The position numbers and the translations under genes are program-made. The notes beneath the pieces are model-generated. The model did not search any database. It was not told the origin of the DNA and worked only from the letters and a program-made list of their open reading frames with translations. Source: an uncultured Pirellulales bacterium (GTDB lineage: Bacteria; Planctomycetota; Phycisphaerae; Sedimentisphaerales; CAYZTY01). From it: a stretch of DNA of 64,000 nt. Positions 55,923-64,000 of the stretch are shown here, piece after piece. The stretch is from NCBI GenBank assembly GCA_964444665.1, contig CAYUIE010000003.1, positions 110,280 to 174,279 on the forward strand, read 5' to 3'. Each line of letters begins with the position of its first letter. The stretch's first letter is position 1.

Positions 55923-55949
55923 TTATCGATTAAGTTAAGAGGGACTTAA
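55923..55949 (-). promoter_or_regulatory. Sigma-28-type promoter candidate upstream of the flagellin gene
   Basis: The minus strand reads TTAAGTCC-N11-ATCGATAA (5/8 and 6/8 against TAAAGTTT-N11-GCCGATAA). It lies about 110-140 nt upstream of the ATG. The TTAAG...CGATAA shape is shared with the fliD candidate. Confidence 0.5.
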
Positions 55950-56237
55950 GGAATTATTTACAGAAATTAATGACAGAATTGATAGACCTGTAATATTGAT
56001 GTTATATATACTGATAAGAGCTTCGCGTGTTTGGTTATTCTTGCAATGTAGATGCGGCCACTCTGTTTTATATGACTTAAGTTAAGTTGAAAAACTGAAT
56101 TACGGTTATTTCAGCTTTCATGAATTTCTTTTCCTACGCAGAAAATCCACGTTCTCAGACAAGAGAACTCAAAATTAAGACACTAAACCAGATTATAGTG
56201 ACACATAGGATAACGCCAAACCGGCTAACATCTTCGT

Positions 56238-56542
56238 TTAAAAAGGAGAAACGTCAATATAATCTTTCTCTGATTTATCGGCAATAAACTCCGGATTATC
56301 GTCACTGCGAATAAACTTCGGTATCCCGCGAACTATAAACAGATACTCCAAAACTGCGATCACGGCTCTGGCTTTTATCGAACGGTCCACCTCAATCACC
56401 AGTGATTCACGTGTGTATTCATCAAGCACCGTCAGCAACTTTAGCTTTCTGTCGTCTTCGGCCCTGTCATCATACATCCAGACGTGATTGATGAACTTAA
56501 CTTCTTAACGATTTGTTCTGGGGTGTAGTTTGGAGTATTCAT
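56238..56542 (-). pseudogene. Degraded IS3-type transposase remnant (OrfA N-terminus fused out of frame to an internal integrase-core fragment)
   Basis: MNTPNYTPEQIVKKL resembles the HTH OrfA start. In another frame, NHVWMYDDRAEDDRKLKLLTVLDEYTRESLVIEV...RGIPKFIRSDDNPEFIA matches the rve-core pattern (..VW..D......G.KL.LL.V.DE.TRE.L...V......RG.P..IRSDNGPEF). It is truncated at both ends and I found no terminal repeats. Confidence 0.6.
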
Positions 56543-56641
56543 TTCAATAAAAAAACCACCACTGTACCTGTGGCATAAATTATCAGATGCCTTCTAATCT
56601 GCAATGGTACACACTCTTAGGGGGGCACTTCACAGTTTCAA

Positions 56642-58324
56642 CTACTTTGGACCAATTATTTTATATAGTCCATATTTATAATTTCTATAACGATATTCTT
56701 TTATCATTTCATAATTATATCTATTAAAAATATTTTCTGTAAACATTCTTTGTGCCGGATCTTCTACATTAGACCAATAATTAAAATGAACATATACGCC
56801 CCCTTTAAATCTCCCAAGATTTCGTTCAACTGTTCCTGGATTATAAGTTTCGCTTGAGCTCTGGATAGCACTTTTTTTATTTAACAAAAATATATTTGGA
56901 TTATGAGTAAAAACTATCGAATTATCAGGCAACAATTCTGCAAACTCTACTGTATATTTATGATCCCTTCTGGCAGCCCACGCCTCTTCGCCTTCTGCAC
57001 TGATAAACGGTAAAAACCAGGTGAAGTTAAATAAAATAAGAAATACTGCGATTATTTTTACAGCTCTTATTTTATCTTCCAAAAGACTTATAATAAAATT
57101 AACACCTAATCCAATAAAAATCGAAATTGGAACATATGACAATATTGAGAAACGAACATCCTGTCCAAATTGATAACTTCCAGCATAGAAAAACAAGAAT
57201 ACTCCCCAAAATGCTAAAAACCAAATCAGTACTATAATTTTTTCTCTTATAAAACTTTTATTTCCATAAAAAAACAATCCTGTAATTGCAAATATCGTAA
57301 ATAACAAAGGGAATTCCTTGTTTCTAAAATAAAAAATAGAATTCGTAAAAAAATTACGAAAGAAATAATCTAATGAGAATTTAGTTCCTGTTGCTCCCCA
57401 GCTCTGACCCCGCACCGAGAACAAATGAATTAGAATCCCCGTAGACAACAAAAATAAAAGGACTCCAAAAAAATAAAGCTCTTTTTTTTTAAATATTTCA
57501 ACATCTTTTAATAAAAATAAACAACCTATTACAAAAACCATCAAAAAACATTCCGGCCTGAAATTGAAAAAAAAAGCCAAAGAAGACGTAAGAAAAAACA
57601 AATTAACCGCCTTTTTATTCCTTAAATAAATTAAAGAAGCCAGCATAACCATACTCGCAAAAAAAGCTGTCGATGGTTCTGCTGCGCACGTATTAAACCA
57701 ATGAAGATTAATCGGGATAAGAGCATAAGACAGAGATGCTATCAGAGCAGCATAAACATTTTTAAAAAGAAAAAAAGAAATTAAAAATATGACAATTACT
57801 GCTAATCCAAAAATAAGATTATTTAAAATAAAAATATACAACTCATTTGTACCAAATATTCTAAATACAACACTCGTTAAATACGGATAACCCGGGGGTT
57901 GTTTATTATATCCTTCAGCAATAACCTTTAACTCGTTACTCTCATAATATCCTTCATTGCAAACTACAACACGTCTGTGGTCCGATATGCATTGTCCAAT
58001 ATTATTATAAATATCTTCATCATAATATATTCTATGAACCCTTGGGGCTATGAATGAAGTAGTAAATACCCCAGCTATTGAGATTAATATTAAAACAAGA
58101 AAAGACTTTTTACCAATTTCTACAAATATCTCTTTGATATACTTGTAATTTAATATAAACGCCATAATTAAAAGAAAGAAGTTAACTTCAAGCATGTAGA
58201 CGTAATATATAGACAAAAACGTGTGTAATTGTTGCATCTGCGCATCTGATGTAACAATCAGAAGAAATAATGCAATTAACAAATAACCTATTATCATAAA
58301 AATATACTGTAGAGATTTATGCAT
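56642..58324 (-). CDS. GT-C-type polytopic membrane glycosyltransferase (ArnT/PMT-like), copy 1
   Basis: 560 aa with at least 11 hydrophobic segments. An acidic motif sits in the first predicted external loop (RIYYDEDIYN), and the soluble C-terminal domain is about 130 aa. A polyprenol-phosphate-sugar-synthase-like GT2 gene is adjacent. Confidence 0.65.
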   Translation of the reverse strand: MHKSLQYIFMIIGYLLIALFLLIVTSDAQMQQLHTFLSIYYVYMLEVNFFLLIMAFILNYKYIKEIFVEIGKKSFLVLILISIAGVFTTSFIAPRVHRIYYDEDIYNNIGQCISDHRRVVVCNEGYYESNELKVIAEGYNKQPPGYPYLTSVVFRIFGTNELYIFILNNLIFGLAVIVIFLISFFLFKNVYAALIASLSYALIPINLHWFNTCAAEPSTAFFASMVMLASLIYLRNKKAVNLFFLTSSLAFFFNFRPECFLMVFVIGCLFLLKDVEIFKKKELYFFGVLLFLLSTGILIHLFSVRGQSWGATGTKFSLDYFFRNFFTNSIFYFRNKEFPLLFTIFAITGLFFYGNKSFIREKIIVLIWFLAFWGVFLFFYAGSYQFGQDVRFSILSYVPISIFIGLGVNFIISLLEDKIRAVKIIAVFLILFNFTWFLPFISAEGEEAWAARRDHKYTVEFAELLPDNSIVFTHNPNIFLLNKKSAIQSSSETYNPGTVERNLGRFKGGVYVHFNYWSNVEDPAQRMFTENIFNRYNYEMIKEYRYRNYKYGLYKIIGPK

Positions 58325-58339
58325 AAAGCCTTTCTCTTT

Positions 58340-59026
58340 TTAAAAATATAAGTATTTAATGAAACTATAAACGTACTTAAAAAATACCTTACGCATTTTA
58401 ATACTCGACTCCCCGTACTTCCTTTTGTACTCATGAGTTGGAACTTCAGCCATTCTGTATTTTTTTTTCAAAGTCTTAATAATCATTTCCTGCTCAATCG
58501 TTGTTATATTCTCCTTCAGATTCAGATCTTTTAACACTGCACCTCGAATAGCTCTAAAACCATTTTGGCTATCGCTTAACCTTATTTTAAATCTATGATT
58601 AATACAGAAAGTTATAAACGAACTTCCTGTCAGTCTCATAAATTCATCGAAGCCACCATGAAGTTCACTCGAACCGCCAAGCAATCGTGAACCTGTAACG
58701 TGATCGGCCTGTCCATCTTGAATTGGCTTTATTAACTTTGGGATATCATTGGCTTCATGAGAACCATCTGCATCAATGAAAACTACAATATCTTCATCAG
58801 ACACATGCTCTACAGAAGCTCTTATACCACTGCCTTTGCCTTTCCCCGGGTCTATAATTACTTTTGCCTTGAGATTCTCGGCAATATCTCTTGTTTTATC
58901 TATTGAATTACCGTCAACAACAATAATATTTTCTGTAAACTGCTTACAGCTATTTATTATCTCTCCAATAGTTTTTTCTTCATCTTTTGCTGGTATTACT
59001 ACACATAAATTTTCAATCAACTGCAT
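58340..59026 (-). CDS. Family-2 glycosyltransferase, polyprenol/dolichol-phosphate sugar synthase-like
   Basis: LCVVIPAKDEEKTIGEIINS..IIVVDGNSIDKTRDIA...VVFIDADGSH (DxD). Length is 228 aa with no TM tail. Confidence 0.8.
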   Translation of the reverse strand: MQLIENLCVVIPAKDEEKTIGEIINSCKQFTENIIVVDGNSIDKTRDIAENLKAKVIIDPGKGKGSGIRASVEHVSDEDIVVFIDADGSHEANDIPKLIKPIQDGQADHVTGSRLLGGSSELHGGFDEFMRLTGSSFITFCINHRFKIRLSDSQNGFRAIRGAVLKDLNLKENITTIEQEMIIKTLKKKYRMAEVPTHEYKRKYGESSIKMRKVFFKYVYSFIKYLYF

Positions 59027-60083
59027 TTATCTTTCTCCTAATAAACAAATTACTTAAAATACTTTGATAAGCCTCACAAGGTGTCCAGCACTGTGGGCAC
59101 TTGCCATTTCTTATTTTTTCACACAAAAGCAAAGCATCTCTATTTGAAAGGATTTTTAACAAGTCGTAATTATTTTCCCTCAGATTTCCCATAATTACAT
59201 TATAGCCTGTACAAGGATAAACATTGCCAAGCGGGTCTATAAAACAGGATATCTTCCCGGATTTGCACTTAAAGGGGGACTGATTATTTAACAGATAATT
59301 TTTAACATTCTTAAGATAAATATATTCCAGTAACACTATAGGATTCGCAAAAACAAAACCCTTTCTTTTAATAAAATCACTAACAGCATCAACAAATTTG
59401 TCCTTATCAAAAGAAACAGGTTCATTTGAGTACAAACTTTCCGAGTAATGATAAACATTCAAATGTATGTCCGAGTATTCTAAGTCGGGTATATAATCTT
59501 TCAAATCTGTAAAAAAATTGCCAAATTGGTCTATATTGAACGGAGATAGCGTGCAACCTATATATACTTTAAGATGCTTATTCTTTTTTAATTCTTTATA
59601 AGTTTCAATACACCTTTGAAAAGAATTCTCATTGTTCCTCATTTCATTATGAATATCCTTGTTTCCGTCGACGCTTACTGAAATAACTAAATTAGGGAAA
59701 TCCAGTGAGACTATCTTCTCAGTAACTTCAACAATTCGCTCGGTTAAAAAACCATTAGTTGGATAATGCAGCATAACTACATTCTTAACGTTCTTTTTTA
59801 TACTTTTTGTAATATCCAGTAAATCCTTCCTTAAAAATATTTCACCACCCGTAAGGTCTATCCAATTTAAATAATTATTTATTGTAAAAAACCTGTCTAT
59901 TTCCTCATATGACAATTCATTGACCGGCTTTCTTCGCCAGACACTACATGTTTTACACCTTAGATTACACTTACTGGTAATTGCAAAAGTAAGCTTATAC
60001 GGGTACTTCAACATATCGAAAGCAGATAACAAGATATTTTTGGAAAAGGTTGAATATGTTCTTATTTTTTTATATAGGCTCAT
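59013..60083 (-). CDS. Radical SAM enzyme with C-terminal SPASM-like Cys-rich domain
   Basis: CxxxCxxC cluster motif SKCNLRCKTCSVW. The C-terminal cysteines are CKSGKISCFIDPLGNVYPC...CEKIRNGKCPQCWTPCEAY. Confidence 0.85.
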   Translation of the reverse strand: MSLYKKIRTYSTFSKNILLSAFDMLKYPYKLTFAITSKCNLRCKTCSVWRRKPVNELSYEEIDRFFTINNYLNWIDLTGGEIFLRKDLLDITKSIKKNVKNVVMLHYPTNGFLTERIVEVTEKIVSLDFPNLVISVSVDGNKDIHNEMRNNENSFQRCIETYKELKKNKHLKVYIGCTLSPFNIDQFGNFFTDLKDYIPDLEYSDIHLNVYHYSESLYSNEPVSFDKDKFVDAVSDFIKRKGFVFANPIVLLEYIYLKNVKNYLLNNQSPFKCKSGKISCFIDPLGNVYPCTGYNVIMGNLRENNYDLLKILSNRDALLLCEKIRNGKCPQCWTPCEAYQSILSNLFIRRKINAVD

Positions 60084-60097
60084 ACTTACTATCTTTT

Positions 60098-61705
60098 CTA
60101 ATCTATTATCTTATACAATCCGTATTTGTAATTTCTGTAATGATATTCCTTTATTATTTCATAATCATATTTATTTAAAATATTATCTGTAAATTCCCTT
60201 TGTATTTTATTATAACTTACACCAGACCAATAATTGTAATGAACATACACACCTCCTTTAAAGCGATTAAGATGCCGTCTGATTGTTCCCGGATTATAAG
60301 TTTCAGTTGATGTCTGAATTGCACTCTGCCCGCTTGTTAAAAACATATTCGGATTATGAGTAAAAATTATAGAATCTTCAGGTAGCAACTTTCTAAACTC
60401 CATTGCATATTTATGGTCCATTCTGCACGCAGCGCTCTCGCCTTTGGATTGTGACCTGATAAACGGTAAAAACCAGGTAAAGTTAAATATAATGAGCAAT
60501 ATTACAATTAATTCTATAGACCCTACTTTATTTTTTAAAAGACTTCTGATAGAAGCAACGCCTAATCCAATAAAAATTGCAAATGGAATATATGACAATA
60601 AAGAAAAACGGGTGCTTAAGCCCTCGTCATGCTTATAAGTACCGGCATAGAAAAACAGAAACATGCCCCAAAATGCCAAAAACCAACTCAATAATATTGT
60701 TTTTTCTTTTATATACTCTTTATTTTTATAAAAGAGAAAGCCGGCAATTCCAAATATTGAAAACAGCAATGGAAATTCTTCGTTCTTTAAATAAAACATG
60801 GAATTCGTACGAAAATTACGAGGAAAATAGTCTAAGGAGAATTTTGCTCCTGGAGCTCCCCAGCTTTGACTCCGCATAGCGTATAAATGAAGTACAATTC
60901 CCGTCGATAAAAGAAATAAAAGAGCCCCGTAAAAATAAAATTCTCTTCTCCTGAATATTTCAAAATCCTTCAGTAAAAATACTATTCCAACCACGAAAGC
61001 TATGAGGAAACTTTCCGGCCTGAAATTTAAAGAAAATGCCAAAGCGGTTGTAAAAAAGAACAGATTGACAGGCTTTTTATTTCTTAAATAAATTAACGAA
61101 GACAGTATCGACATACCTGCAAAAAAAACCGTTGATGGTTCCGCTGCGCAAGTATTAAACCACTGGAGGTTTACCGGAATAAGTATATAAGAAAAGCATG
61201 CCAGCAGACTTGCATAAATATCTTTAAAAAGTAAAAATGAAATTAGAAAAATGACTACCGCTGTTAATCCAAAAATAATATTATTAAAGATGAAAATGTA
61301 TAATTCATTTGTTCCGAATGTACGAAATATAACACTTATCAAATACGGATAGGCCGCAGGCTGCTTATTATACTCTTCAGCAGCAACTTTTAACTCCTTA
61401 TTTTCATAATATCCTTCATTACACATTACCGCTCGTTTATGATATGCTATGCATTGCCCAATACTATTATAAATATTTTCATCATAATATATTCTATGAT
61501 TTCTTGGATTTATAAGTGAGACAGAAGACATCCCGATTATTGAAATTAACACCACAATCAATAAATTTTTATTTCCGATTTCTTCAAATATTTCTTTAAT
61601 GTGTTTAAAATTGAAAATAAAAGCGATGATTAAGAGAAAGAAGTTAAATTCAAGCAGGTAGACATAATATATGGACAAAAATTTCTGCATTGTATGTGCT
61701 TGCAT
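60098..61705 (-). CDS. GT-C-type polytopic membrane glycosyltransferase (ArnT/PMT-like), copy 2
   Basis: Paralog of 56642-58324. I counted 59 mismatches and no gaps over a 210-aa stretch aligned by eye (about 72% identity). It has the same RIYYDENIYN loop motif. Confidence 0.65.
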   Translation of the reverse strand: MQAHTMQKFLSIYYVYLLEFNFFLLIIAFIFNFKHIKEIFEEIGNKNLLIVVLISIIGMSSVSLINPRNHRIYYDENIYNSIGQCIAYHKRAVMCNEGYYENKELKVAAEEYNKQPAAYPYLISVIFRTFGTNELYIFIFNNIIFGLTAVVIFLISFLLFKDIYASLLACFSYILIPVNLQWFNTCAAEPSTVFFAGMSILSSLIYLRNKKPVNLFFFTTALAFSLNFRPESFLIAFVVGIVFLLKDFEIFRRREFYFYGALLFLLSTGIVLHLYAMRSQSWGAPGAKFSLDYFPRNFRTNSMFYLKNEEFPLLFSIFGIAGFLFYKNKEYIKEKTILLSWFLAFWGMFLFFYAGTYKHDEGLSTRFSLLSYIPFAIFIGLGVASIRSLLKNKVGSIELIVILLIIFNFTWFLPFIRSQSKGESAACRMDHKYAMEFRKLLPEDSIIFTHNPNMFLTSGQSAIQTSTETYNPGTIRRHLNRFKGGVYVHYNYWSGVSYNKIQREFTDNILNKYDYEIIKEYHYRNYKYGLYKIID

Positions 61706-61812
61706 ATATGTGGCCTATGGCTCTTAAGAAGTACCTTGGAATTATCTGCACAATCTTAAAAACAAACTATACCTCACTTAAAAGACATTCCTTAAGAGCT
61801 TTCGTTTCTTCT

Positions 61813-63513
61813 TTACTTTTTTCTCAATAGGTAATTTTCCAATACTAAGTATTTTGCCGGAGTTCTCGAAAAGGTATTCAAAGCATCCTCCGGTGAACAA
61901 ACAAGCGGTTCACCATGTAAATTAAAACTCGTATTTAGAATAACCCCAATACCAGAAAGTTTTTTGTATTCTAAAAGTAACCTGGCATATCTTGAACCAT
62001 AGTCGGTTATGATTTGCGGCCTGCAGGAGCCGTCGATATTTATTACTCCTTTCACTAATTTTTGTTTTTCTCTTTCTACCATATATCCCATTGTCATAAA
62101 TTCATTCGGAGTTCCTTTTAAGTCTTCCAGTAACACTTTTGCATCATCCAAAAGCATTGTCGGACAAAATGGCTGATACCATACTCTTTTTTTCTGTATT
62201 AAGTTTAGTTCAGTTTTTATTTCTTCTGAGTGAGGTGGAGCAAGTATACTTCGATTTCCAAGTGCCCTTGGACCGTATTCCATTCTTCCTTGAAACCATA
62301 ATACTATATTTCCCTCAGAAAGAATCTTTGCTATTTCTTTTTCGATATCATTTATGTATTCATACTTCACATTATTTAATTCGCCCTTTTTTAATACTGT
62401 TTTTATATAATCATTTGAATACCGTGGCCCTAAAAATACATTGTTAAAATCGTATTTATAAATACCGTTCAACTCAAAATTGGCAAGCATGGCGCTACCC
62501 ATTGCAAGGCCGCCATCGCCCATATGAGGAAAGACATAAATATCATCGACTTGGGGCAGATTTTTCAAAAGCATATTGACTTTTATATTTGAACAAGTGC
62601 CTCCAGTTAAACATATATTTCTGATAGCTGTTTCTTTTATGGCGTTTTTCACCAGCTCAGTAATCTTTACTTCCAATGTTCTTTGTGCCATATATGCAAA
62701 CTGTTCGGACGGATATTTCCACAGTATTTTCTTTAATTCCTTATATGTTCTTAAACTGCCGTATTTCGCCTTTACATTCAGCCCTTCAACTTTAAAAAAA
62801 TCCAGCAAAGGATTTTTTTCGTCTTCAATTTGTAAGGCGTAATTGGCAAGCGCCATTACCTTGCCTTCATCCTCTAACTCCCTCATATTCATAAGATTAG
62901 TTACATGCTCAAAAAAGATACCAAAAGAATCACTGCCGGAAATAGTTTTTATTCTTTCCAATTTTCCATTTTCGAATTTGTTTATAGTCCCCGACAAAGA
63001 ATCTCCGATTCCATCAATTGTAATAACCAGGGATTTGTCAAATCCGCTTGTAAAAGCGGCGCTGACGGCATGACATAGGTGATGGTCGTACGCTAATAAT
63101 TTAAAATCCCGAAAACCCAGCTTTTTTAATTCTTTTTTTAATATTGTTTTACTGATAAATCTCGATAGTGGATCAAGCTGCAGCTCGGTTATTTTATACT
63201 TCAATTTCTTCTTGATAGAATTTAAACTCGAATAATCTTTCTTCTTTCGACGTATTAAATAATAACTCTCTTTCAGAAATGGAAATACTCTCCACAGAGT
63301 TTTAGCAAACTCTGTCGTTGAAAAAGCTATTACTCCTACATCTTCTTTTTTAAGGCCCAAATACCTTAGAGAGTACTCTATTGACCTGGCCGGGAATGAG
63401 ATTTCTAACTTTCTTCTTGAAAGTCTTTCTTCATTGATAGAAAAAAGAACTTCACTATCCTTAAGCAGAACAATGCCGGAATCATGCCCGTCCCATATTC
63501 CCAGTACTAACAT
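61813..63513 (-). CDS. NodU/CmcH-family carbamoyltransferase
   Basis: N-terminus LGIWDGHDSGIVLLKDSEVLFSINEERLSRRK, then DHHLCHAVSAAFTSGF and the C-terminal YmcB-like NTSFNLHGEPLVCSPEDAL. Length is 566 aa. Confidence 0.88.
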   Translation of the reverse strand: MLVLGIWDGHDSGIVLLKDSEVLFSINEERLSRRKLEISFPARSIEYSLRYLGLKKEDVGVIAFSTTEFAKTLWRVFPFLKESYYLIRRKKKDYSSLNSIKKKLKYKITELQLDPLSRFISKTILKKELKKLGFRDFKLLAYDHHLCHAVSAAFTSGFDKSLVITIDGIGDSLSGTINKFENGKLERIKTISGSDSFGIFFEHVTNLMNMRELEDEGKVMALANYALQIEDEKNPLLDFFKVEGLNVKAKYGSLRTYKELKKILWKYPSEQFAYMAQRTLEVKITELVKNAIKETAIRNICLTGGTCSNIKVNMLLKNLPQVDDIYVFPHMGDGGLAMGSAMLANFELNGIYKYDFNNVFLGPRYSNDYIKTVLKKGELNNVKYEYINDIEKEIAKILSEGNIVLWFQGRMEYGPRALGNRSILAPPHSEEIKTELNLIQKKRVWYQPFCPTMLLDDAKVLLEDLKGTPNEFMTMGYMVEREKQKLVKGVINIDGSCRPQIITDYGSRYARLLLEYKKLSGIGVILNTSFNLHGEPLVCSPEDALNTFSRTPAKYLVLENYLLRKK

Positions 63514-64000
63514 TATATGTCCCCATTATTAGATTTTAAAAATAAAGGTATAACATATCCGTTAATATTTGTCAATATGGTATTAAAACACTAATAACTG
63601 TCATATTAATTTTACGATAATTCGGTATTTTTCTTTTTGGCTAAACCACTCGTTACAAATCTATGGCTCAAAAAGAGCCGGTAATCCCCCTGAGATGTAA
63701 TTAATACTCTAAATATCCCGAACTACACTCTCAAATCCTCAATCCTAACTCTTATCTTGCAATTCTCGCCGATTTAGCGTCAAGATGCATTATTGTACCA
63801 AACCATATCATCATTCCGTCCGTAATGAAATGTCAGGCCTGTTTCCCCCTTTCCGAACCTCTGAATTTCATGCTCATTTAAGCAAATCCATCTACCCGTT
63901 TTAGCCTGATATGATTGGCTGTTTCCAGGAAATTAAGAAGTGCCCTAAAGTTGAGTTTCAAGCCTTTTTTATTAGGCAAGGTTTTATCAAACAAATGGCA

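Noticed and set aside
61720-61799. 9-bp inverted repeat GCTCTTAAG...CTTAAGAGC between the carbamoyltransferase gene and GT-C copy 2
   Set aside because: The arms are 62 nt apart and share the self-palindromic core CTTAAG. There is no flanking U-tract and no recurrence elsewhere, so it is not enough to call a terminator or binding site.
63878-64000. Partial minus-strand ORF running off the right edge (...PNKKGLKLNFRALLNFLETANHIRLKRVDGFA)
   Set aside because: Only about 40 codons are visible and no diagnostic motif is present. I could not tell a transposase C-terminus from chance.

Overview
This 64-kb window is mostly a flagellar regulon from a diderm bacterium, since both L-ring and P-ring genes are present. 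There are no rRNA or tRNA genes, so I make no taxonomic call.

Gene layout:
- Left end, + strand: export-gate genes fliP (5' truncated), fliQ, fliR and flhB.
- 36.8 kb down to 3.0 kb, - strand: an almost gap-free run of flgD-flgE-(PilZ-like)-flgF-flgG-flgA-flgH-flgI-flgJ(rod-binding only)-flgN-flgK-flgL. It continues directly into TPR and glycosyltransferase genes, a small nucleotide-activation cassette, one uninterrupted 3,987-aa ORF, and finally fliD.
- 37.5-52.3 kb, + strand: a sigma-54 activator, two membrane/TPR proteins, a second sigma-54 activator, fliL-fliM-fliN-flhA, fliA, several small unknown genes and flgM.
- 54-56 kb, - strand: a short (271-aa) flagellin and fliS.
- 56.6-63.5 kb, - strand: a degraded IS3-type element followed by a markedly AT-richer five-gene island (carbamoyltransferase, GT-C, radical-SAM/SPASM, GT2, GT-C).

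Promoters I can read directly:
- Two near-consensus sigma-54 promoters (36916-36931 on the - strand, 39103-39118 on the + strand).
- Three sigma-28-like promoters, upstream of fliD, flgM and the flagellin gene.

The most unusual content is the 3,987-aa ORF. It fuses about ten glycosyltransferase-type modules, a SAM methyltransferase and TPR blocks. With its flanking genes it looks like a flagellum-dedicated glycan assembly system of unusual architecture.

All functional calls rest on reading motifs and gene order by eye. No database search was possible.
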